From Basidiobolus meristosporus CBS 931.73 (Eukaryota > Fungi > Basidiobolomycota): 56,633 nt of DNA. The position numbers and the translations under genes are program-made. Below the pieces are notes generated by a model. It had not been told where the DNA came from and did no database searches. It saw only the letters and a program-made list of their open reading frames with translations. Below are positions 47,131 to 56,633 of this stretch, piece after piece. The stretch lies in NCBI GenBank assembly GCA_002104905.1, contig MCFE01000577.1:1-56633 (forward strand), read 5' to 3'. Numbering within the stretch: position 1 is the first letter of the stretch; every line of letters starts with the position of its first letter.

Positions 47131-49249
47131 CATGCAAGCAAGAGAAAATTACATTATTCCCTATTATTGCTGAGAGGGTTTGCTGAAGTCTCTTTTTTTA
47201 TAAATCAAGTATCTTGCTGGATCAGCACTGTCAGTAGGTCTTGCACACTTAAGTCTGTTTGTATCTATTAAATCTCCTTGATTATTCACTTGTATATTCT
47301 ATATATAGTTGGTAAGCTGAAATGAAAATTTTTTGATGATCTTGAATGGTCATGCCCATTCTGACTTTAGCTTCTTCATGTTTGAAGAAGTGGAGTATTG
47401 TTGCACACTTTGCAGCCAAATAATGGCATGATGTAGCCCTCTGCTACACTGTAGCACTATCTAATGAAACAATTCTCAAGTAGTAAAATCTATTTACACT
47501 CACATCTTGATTTTACCTTTGTTATTGTAGAATACTACAGGAAGATTCAAATTTCCCAATTGCACAGCACAAATGCCTAACACATAGGCAATCAGAGCAC
47601 CTGGGAATATTACATCAGGCAGAACACCTAGCTGGCAGAAAGTACTCCAGGTCATAGCTGATTGCTCACAGTACCTGAGGATTACTTATTAGTATATTCC
47701 TGCAATTCTGGATGGTGGTTCTTTCTCACTAGGCTTACTATTGTGCTTTGATTGGGTATAACTTTTGATCTAGCTGAGCATGTAATGTGCAGCTCTTAGG
47801 GACACTGTGCATGTTCTCAATTTTAGTGTTTGATGATCTCTAGCCTTTTGTCATTTGCATAGCACAGTGAGGTGCCTGAAAACCATGACTCATCAGTATT
47901 ATAGTAAAAAGTCCCTTTCAAGAAGTGCCCATATTGTAAACATACCCTTTTAGGTTGAGGTAGAGCTTGGTGAAAAGAAAGAAAGTGACTTTGTAATAAG
48001 AAAACTACTACTAGTGCTAATCAGCCAAATCTGCTATCAAAATGATATGCACTTTCTAAAGAATATTTCATGTCTAAACCTGTGGATCTAAGGATAGCTT
48101 TATTATCAGCTGTTATTTCAAGCTTCCATTAAGCCATTCCACTGGGGAATGACAGGGCTTGAACTTGCATGATATAGCTGTGCAATAGTGTGCTAGCTAT
48201 GTGCCAGTAGGTACTATATAGTAGTGGGGAGAATTGATGATATTGAAGGCAGTATTTCATGGTAATCAGCACTACACAGCTCAAGTACATGTGCCTCATT
48301 GGTAACAACACTAAAGTAGGGAATATTTCATTGATAGGTACTACTTGAACAGGATTAAGTCTTGACAATTAGAGCTGGGTACTTCTGAGCAAAGAATTGG
48401 TCTTTCAGGCCTAACAGATCACCAGCTTCATGTGGGTAAGGACTGGTACAGAGCTGCATATCATAATAGGAATGTTGACAGGCATTCTCAAGGATTGTAA
48501 GGACTTGTTGATATATGGTACTTGCAGAGTGTGCTTCATATTAGCTTGAGCTTTCAATGTCCAATAGAGCCATAGCATACCAGAGAGGAGTAGCAGTCTC
48601 AAAACATACCAAAGACTCTAAAACCTGTTTCTGTATCTTCATACATGATATCTGTTGTATTTCACCTGCCATACCAGAGAAAATCACTACTTAAGTACCT
48701 ACTTAGGTGCAATTTGTGCATGATATATCAGAGCACTGTAAGAGTGAGGACTTGCATCTAGTACCTGAGGCTTATGGTGCTCAGAGTCCATCTACAGAGG
48801 CCTGTGATAATATGCAAAAGTATTTATATTTAACTTCACCATTCAGTTAGTGCATGAGGTATGATCTTCCTTGCTCATGAGCTGAGCAGGAGCCTTGCCA
48901 CTTTTAACTATTATTAGTACTGACTACCATGCCACCTGGTCCTCAGGTGGCTCTGCAAGGTCTTGCACCTCAACTGCTAGTCTTTTAATTTTCTATGACT
49001 TATTACATTTTCTTGAATACTAGCCTTCAAGATGTGCTGCAGCCACTTGAGGCACCTATTGGTGAGTCATAATTCCACTGTAGGCATCTTGATTGCCATT
49101 TGATATGACGGCACTGAAACTTTTCCTGTCAGTAGAATCTACTCTGTCCATTAAAGATAGCATCATGATGATATTAGAGCACTTTGAGGCAAAGCTATAC
49201 AAATCAAGATGTGTGAGGTGCTGAATAGGCATTGTATCACTATAATAAA

Positions 49250-49460
49250 GGTCCTACCTCTCCTGATTGCCAAATACTGCCAATAGGCACTTTCAGCATT
49301 CAAGTGCATTTTCTTGAGCACTACTCCAATGAGGTGCTGTAGCCTCTATGTATGCATATTGATGTCTCAAGCTCTACTGTTGGCATTGTATTTGGCCACA
49401 ATACCCTGACAATGATCCTTGCCTGCTTGTGGGATTTTCACTCCATCTACAGTAAACAAC
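49250..49460. repeat. Unclassified dispersed repeat, partial copy 3
   Basis: TTTTCTTGAGCACT...GTGCTGTAGCCTC...CACTCCATCTACAG matches ~7070-7220 and ~22410-22565. Confidence 0.6.
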
Positions 49461-49499
49461 ACAACAACTGCAGTATATAAATTGTCTCATGAAGAGGAT

Positions 49500-52400
49500 C
49501 AGTATATATACCTATGTAATAGTAATACAGCTGTAACACTAAGTTAGGAGGGTATCTTAACATTCAGGAGCATTCTGTAATAGTTTCAAGGTTAGTACAT
49601 AATGTGTGGTAAAAGTGTAAATTTGATCTACATTATAGGGGAATTATCAGAAGATCATAGATGTGAAGAGACTGGCAAAGTTGGGGCTGCAAATAAGTCC
49701 TCTATAGGTAAAGTTTTGGTCCATATCTAAGCCATTTTCACTTAAAACTGTTTGTGATTTCATCAATCTTAGATTATTGTACCATTTGTGGTTATCTTGT
49801 AGACCTATCTACATTCTATTAGCTTTCTCCCATTTGGCATATCTACCAGTTCTCATGTTTTTGCTTTGATCTGTGATAGGAACTCCTCCTGCATGGCTTG
49901 TTCCCACATAGTAGCATCTGTACTTTGCATTGCCTGGTCCAGATTCTGAGGCTTGGCACATGAGGCAAGATAAACTTCTTAATCATTGGATATTTGCCAC
50001 CAGGATCCAGGGGTATTTTTTTTTCTGGTATATCACCTAGCTGGGATCATCTGCTCTGATCTGGAACTGGTAAATTTATCTAACATACCTTGGTAAATTT
50101 TGTACAAATCTTCTTCATTAGTGTTGATTGCTTCATCAGGCAGCTGGCCATTGATTTCTGTGGCTTACTGATCTAATTTCTCCTCAAATACAGCATCCCT
50201 GCTCTTGATTTGCTTTTGAGTTTTGCAATCATACAATCTAAGCTCTTCAGTATCATCACAATACACAAGAAGGATCCTTTTTTGACTCTTTGGTCCAGCT
50301 TTGAGCATTTTTTGTCAGGGATGTAATAAAAGACATCACTGCCAAAGATCCTGAGATGCTGAAGGTCTGGTCATCTACCTGTTTATGCTTCAAGGGGCGT
50401 AGAAGCATGTAGTACTGTTGTTGGGCATCATTCTTGATGTGAAACACAGTAGCAACAAATTCAGCCCAAAACTGGGAGTCCATTCCCTTGTCATGTAACA
50501 TAGATCTTCCCATATCTATTATTGCTCTATTTTAACACTCTGCTACTCCATTTTGCTGTGCAGTATGTGAAATAGCTGTCTGTGAAGTATACCAGTAGTA
50601 TTTTGCAAACTCCTTTGTGCAGTATTCCCTGCCGTTGTCATTTCAAGGTATCTTCAATTTCCACCATGCTTGTGTTTCTGCAATGTTCTCAAGGTGTTTA
50701 AACACACTCTAAAGCCTCCTCCTTTGTTTAACGGAAAATGTATATTCTGTCTTGTCATCAACACATGTCATAGAGTATATCTTGGCTCCAAAGGACAGTG
50801 TTGTCATGGGCCTACATATATCTGAGAATACCATAGCCAATATTTTGGTGGGGTTAATGCCTACAGAACTCCTGAAACAATGCCTAGCTGGTCAGCCATA
50901 TGAACATCTCTTAAAGACACTCAATTTGATTGGCATTGAGTAATTTAGGCCTAAAACAAGCTTTTTTTCACCATTTAACTCATTTCCTACTCCCCAATGT
51001 GCCCTAGCCAACTATTCCATGTCTCCCAGTTAGTGTCATCAGTTTCAGCATTGTAGGCATTCTTAGGTACAATGATCTTGCATTGTAGCATGTATATATT
51101 GTGATCCCCAATTCCCAAGGCTGGTTTTAGACCATTTCACTCAATATTATGCAGTTTGCTTAGTAAAATAAAATCTCAGTCCCTGAGCAGTTGCTTTACT
51201 GACTGAGATTAGATTCTTTGCTATTCAGGGACGTAGAGTATGTTAATCAGTTTGCTGCTGTGGTCCCCAAGAAATCACTCATATTTTGTTGTATTGACCC
51301 ACTGGTGGTAGCTTCCAGTGCAGGGTTGTCTCCCAGATTAACCTTTCTTATGGCAGTAGACTTTAAGTTGCTGAACCATTCCTTCAAACCAGATATATGA
51401 TGTGATGCTCCAGGGTCAATATACCATTCAGTACTTTGGTTACTTGCACTCTCTTGTAGAGGTACTAATAGCTGTTCATCAGTAGTTATACAATTTGCCT
51501 GCTCTGGTTTCTGTATCTTCTCTGCCAGTTTCTTCTTGCATTCTATTGCCCAGTGTCCTGGCTTCTTACATTAGTTACAACAACCAGGTTTTCTTTGGTT
51601 TTGTTGCTTTCTCTTCATTTATGTGTGCCTTACTAAGCTGAATAAAGCATTGTTTTCAGTTTTCCCTCCTTAGTCTTTATGTCTGAGTTTTTCATGAAGA
51701 GTTCTTCCTTTGACATAGTCTAAAGTCAAATTGTCTTCTCTGCTTTCAAAAGAATGTATGAGTAGCTCATAATTGTCTGTTAGGCTGCAAAGCAGACACA
51801 GTATCTTTTCTTCATTATCTACACCAGCATTAATACTGAAAAGCTCTTCTACAAGTGTCTCCATTCTGGGAATGAGCTATAGCATGTCATCATCTGGCTT
51901 CTTTCACATGTTGAAGAGCTTTTGTTTTAGATAAAGCTTGCATGATACTAACTTTGCTCTAAAGATCTTCTCTAAGGATCCCCATGCTGCTTTGTCAGTA
52001 TTTGAAGCATGGATTTGTCCAATGAAGAAATCTTGCACAATAGTACATTGAGCATTGAAGGCCTTTCTCTTCTTCTCTGGAAACTTTTCCACTTCTTCTG
52101 CTGTTCCTTTGGGCTCAACTTCTTTTCCAGTTACTATATTCCAAAGCTTTCTTTCCTCAAGGTGGATATGCATCTTGTTTCTCCAAAGCTTGCAGTTCTT
52201 CCCATCATACCTATCCTTTACAGGGAATATGTTTGTATTGTTCTGTTTGCTGGTAGAAGTCATCATCAGAATAGGCAGAGGTAATGGGGGCTTACAACCT
52301 GTTGCAAATTAAGAAGTGACTTGGATATAAGGAACATATCAAGGAAAAGTGATAATAGTTGAACTGTTGTTTATTCATAAAGATGATGAATATCTATGCA

Positions 52401-52620
52401 TTTGTAAAGGTAATATAGCTGTAAGACTATGTAAGGAGGCTTTCTTCACAATCTGGAGCATTCTGTAGCAGTGTCAGGGTTAGTACATATTGTTTAAATT
52501 GCAAAGGTGGGGCTGCAAATATGTTCTACAGTGACCAAGACTAGTTTTGAACTTCCAAGTAAATTTTTACCTGCTGAATGATACCAAATATTCTAATAAC
52601 TTAACATTCCAACTACGCTG
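49500..52620 (-). mobile_element. Decayed, internally deleted Copia-2 element, copy 1
   Basis: 5' LTR from 52303; PBS GGTTGTAAGCCCCC at 52286-99; gag, protease WYIDPGASHH, integrase QQNGVAE, RT start (EPQNLDQAM...WEQAMQEE), then directly an LTR copy at ~49500-49720. Confidence 0.82.
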
Positions 52621-53680
52621 TATTGATGATATCAATTGACTAGAACTGCAGCATTTCTGTTGACCTTCTATTGCCTTGCATAGGTAGGCATTGAATGACT
52701 CCCATTAGCTTCACCTTTACCACTGCCTAACCATTCACTGCTACATTGATCAGTGCCCTTAGAAGTATTCATCAATTTATACCTGATAGATATTTCACTG
52801 GTACATCTATTTCTGGTTACTTTTCCCATGGTGGCACTGCTCCAGCTGCATGTTAGTTATTTACCCTTTGCTTGGAGCCGTTAGTCCCACTTATTGTAGG
52901 ATCTTGAGGAAGTAGATAGGTGTCAGGTGCAGCTGCCTTGTATTTCTGCCTTTGGTTGTGTTGACTCCACTTGAGATTTCTTCTTAGCATACAAAGCTGA
53001 CTCATATCCAGTTTTCTTACTCAATTCCTGGATTTTCCTCATTAGACAATATACATGCCTCCTGCTTCTCCTGGAGCTCCCAATGGCATTAGGACATACT
53101 AGATTTCCTATTATAACTTATAAGCTAGCCCAGTCTTCATTATGACCTAAAGCAGCTTGAACAATTTTTGTAGTTGTCTGAGATGAAGGCTCCAGTATAT
53201 CGGACTCATTCACTCCCTCCCAACCTGCAGTAGCTGAATATATGAGCATTTTCTTTTGGCACTTTTGCTGAGCTTCAGAGACTATATGGTGCACCTCTGA
53301 TGCTATTGATATATAGACCAGCTCTACTCTGCAAAATGAGTAAAGTCAGATATTCTTATATGCATGGCAGCTTAGCAAGCTCACTCTTGAGCATATGAAA
53401 AGTAGTCTCACATGCTGTGCCCCACTCCAGGGTGTTCTCTTTCTTGAGGATATCAACAAAAGGGGCTACAATATATGCATATAATAAGATATCATTCCAA
53501 GGAATGTTCAAAGCTTTTATAAGCTGTGGGACTGCATCAGAAGTTTAGTGATTTCAACCTTCTTGAGGTCCAAAGGTGCTTCTGTGCTAGTCACTATGTG
53601 TTCCAAATATTAAGCATGTTGCTTAAGGAATTTACTTTTTGCTAGTTTTGCATATAGCTTGCTGTCACTTATCATATGTG
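52620..53680 (-). pseudogene. Heavily deleted Gypsy pol remnant
   Basis: KLYAKLAKSKFL...FLGMISYY at ~53660-53490 resembles the RT thumb at 31500-31260; the rest is barely readable. Confidence 0.5.
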
Positions 53681-53682
53681 GT

Positions 53683-55500
53683 TGCAAATTAAAAAGTTTT
53701 TGGATATAAGGAGCTTATCAAGAAATCATGATAATAGTTGAACTGTTTGTTTATTCATAAAGAAGATAAGCTCTTTATATCCAAATCACTTCTTAAGTTG
53801 CATCAGGTTATGAGACCCAATTGCCTTAATCTAATCTAAAGATGACATCTATCAGCAAAAATAACAATAGAAAATCTTCCCTCTAAAGGACAGGCTTGAT
53901 AGAAAGAACTACAGACTATGGGGATTCAAGACACAGGTCCACCTTGAGGCAAGAAAGCTCTGGATTATAGTAACAGTTAAGGTGGTTGAACACAAATAAA
54001 CAGCAGAAGAAGTTGAAAAGTATCAGAAGCAGTGAAAACCTTTAATGCCATATGTATCAATGTGCAAAACTTTGTCATTGGCCAAATTCATGCTTCTAAT
54101 ATACCAAAGCAGCATAAGAATCTGTAGGAAAGATATTGACAGCAAAGTTCTTCAACATGAGGAGGAAGCCAGAGGATGATCTGCTGCAACTCATTACCAG
54201 AAAGGAGACACTTGCAGATGAGCTTTAGAGTATTAATGCTGGTGTAGATGATGATGAAAAGATACTCTGTCTGCTTTGCAGCTTACCAGACAAGTATAAT
54301 CTTCTGATGCTTTTCTTGTAAAGCAGAGAAGTCAATCTGACCTTAGATTATGCCAAAGGCAGATATCTCCCTGAAATATTCATATGTAATGACCAAGCAG
54401 AGAAAACCAAAGATAATGCTTTATTGAGCTCCAAAAGGAGCACAGAAAAGAATGGAAAGCAACATAACCAAAGAAAACCTGTGTGCTGTAACTGTTGTAC
54501 AAAGCCAGGACACTGGGCAAGAGAATGCAAGAAGAAACCATCAGACATAAAACACAAACTAGTGCAGGCAAGCTGTAGAGCTACCAATGAGCATTTTTTG
54601 TAATTGTTTACAAGAGTGCAAGTAACCAAAGTAATGAGTGGTGTATTGACTTGTGAACTCCAGAGAATATTTGTGGTATAAAGAAGTAATCAAGTAGTTT
54701 CAAGACTATTCATGTCAGAAAAGTTTATTTTGGAGACAACTCTGCCCTGGAAGCTACTATGAGTGGGTCTATACAGCTAAATATGATTGATAATCAGGGG
54801 CCACAATAGCAAAACTTACTAACGTAATCTAAATGCCTAGAACAGCTAAGAATGTACTCTTGGCTGCCAAAGCTGCCATTCAGGGACTGAAAATTGTTTT
54901 TACACAGCTGAGCTGCTCAATATTGGGTGAAATTGGACAAAAATTTTTTTGGAAATCAGAGATCAGTATATATACAATTACAATCCAAGATCACTGTACC
55001 TGAGTATGTCAATATTGCTGAAACTGATGAAGCTAGCTAGGAGCCCTAGCATAGGAGGCTAGAACACATTGCAGAACAGAAAATGAGCCAATTAGTGAAA
55101 AATCAGCTTGAATGAGCCTTTGTAACTCAACTCCAACCATATAGAGTGTCTGTAAGGGATGTTCATATGGCAAACAAGCTAGGCAATGTTTCAGGAGCTC
55201 AGGAGGCATTAAAACCTCCAAAATATTGGCAATTGCACACTTGGACTTATACTAAAGGGTATATAGTTTATCATGTTGAAACTCAGAAGCTGATCAAGTG
55301 CAGGGTTGTTGTACTTGAATAGAATTCAGAATGGGGAGCTGCCATGATCATTGGCCAGCTACCTGCTGATGCATTGACCACTAATAAAGAAGAAACATAC
55401 ATAATCTAGCCAGAAAAATAAAAACCTTGCCAGTTTGAGATCAGATCAGATCTTTTTTACTAGGGAACCTACCCAAATAAGAAGTGCCCCTCAATCATGG
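53683..55500 (+). mobile_element. Decayed Copia-2 copy 3, starting with a fold-back LTR end
   Basis: PBS GGTTATGAGACCC at 53806-18; gag homologous to 55912+; integrase remnant ~55030-55320 homologous to 50750-50950. Confidence 0.75.
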
Positions 55501-55509
55501 TGGCAGACA

Positions 55510-56633
55510 TCCAATGACCATATTATCTTTGTTGTAATATTGGACTATTTGGTATCATTCAGCAGTTAGAAATTTACTTGGCAATTCTAGACTAGTCTTG
55601 ATCACTGTAGGACTAATAGCAGCCCCAACTTTGCCAGTTTCTTCTGATCCATGATCCTTTGCTTATTCCCCACAAGTCAATATCAAGTTAATGCTTTGCA
55701 AAACATTGTGTACTAATACTGAAACTGTTACAGAATGCTCTTGAGTGTTAGGAAGCCCTCTTTACTGAGTTTTACAGCTATATCACCTCTGCAAAGGCAT
55801 AGATACTCATCCTCAGTATGAATAAGCAACAATTCAACTATTATCACTATTCCTTGATATGTTCCTTATATCCAAGTCACTTCTTAATTTGCAACAGGTT
55901 GTAAGCCCCCATTGCCTCTGCCTATTCTGATGATGACTTCTACCAGCAAACAGAACAATACAAACATATTCCCTGTAAAGGATAGGTATGATGGGAAGAA
56001 CTGCAAGCTTTGGAGAAACAAGATGCATATCCACCTTGAGGAAAGAAAGCTTTGGAATATAGTAACTGGAAAAGAAGTTGAGCCCAAAGGAACAGCAGAA
56101 GAAGTGGAAAAGTTTCCAGAGAAGAAGAGAAAGGCCTTCAATGCTCAATGTACTATTGTGCAAGATTTCTTCATTGGACAAATCCATGCTTCAAATACTG
56201 ACAAAGCAGCATGGGGATCCTTAGAGAAGATCTTTAGAGCAAAGTTAGTATCATGCAAGCTTTATCTAAAACAAAAGCTTTTCAACATGTGAAAGAAGCC
56301 AGATGATGACATGCTATAGCTCATTCCCAGAATGGAGACACTTGTAGAAGAGCTTTTCAGTATTAATGCTGGTGTAGATAATGAAGAAAAGATACTGTGT
56401 CTGCTTTGCAGCCTAACAGACAATTATGAGCTACTCATACATTCTTTTGAAAGCAGAGAAGACAATTTGACTTTAGACTATGTCAAAGGAAGAACTCTTC
56501 ATGAAAAACTCAGACATAAAGACTAAGCAGGGAAAACTGAAAACAATGCTTTATTCAGCTTAGTAAGGCACACATAAATGAAGAGAAAGCAACAAAACCA
56601 AAGAAAACCTGGTTGGTTGTAACTAATGTAAGA
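55510..56633 (+). mobile_element. Copia-2 copy 2 (LTR, PBS, gag pseudogene), running off the window
   Basis: LTR ends at 55893; PBS 55897-55910; gag RYDGKNCKLWRNKMHIHLEERKLWNIV with in-frame stops shared with copy 1. Confidence 0.85.

Noticed and set aside
47150-49250. Possible LINE or other coding remnant
   Set aside because: No RT, endonuclease or transposase motif could be read in any frame, so it is left unannotated.

Overview
Eukaryotic, most likely fungal, DNA. Only the first ~400 bp is a host gene: the 3' end of a QCR2-like mitochondrial core protein. The other ~56 kb is a deeply nested transposon island with extreme CpG depletion and no further host gene that I could find. It holds one intact, very young Ty3/Gypsy element (12891-20067; single 1617-aa gag-pol ORF; 1072-bp LTRs differing at 2 sites), two solo LTRs of the same or a sister lineage, several decayed Gypsy, chromovirus and Ty1/Copia elements, two CACTA/EnSpm-type fragments, four copies of a two-ORF PIF/Harbinger-related (PHIS, possibly Pangu-like) DNA transposon with 3-bp ANT target duplications, and palindromic foldback MITEs derived from it. 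The most interesting signals are: (1) all three insertions of the young Gypsy lineage have a CpG-centred 4-bp TSD, and the intact copy landed on the only CpG I could find in a 1.07-kb old LTR, suggesting CpG- or methyl-CpG-directed integration; (2) two different PHIS-family elements sit at the same homologous nucleotide of two diverged retroelement copies; (3) the PHIS element carries a divergently transcribed second ORF of no family I recognise. All alignments and counts were done by eye, and coordinates of decayed elements are approximate.
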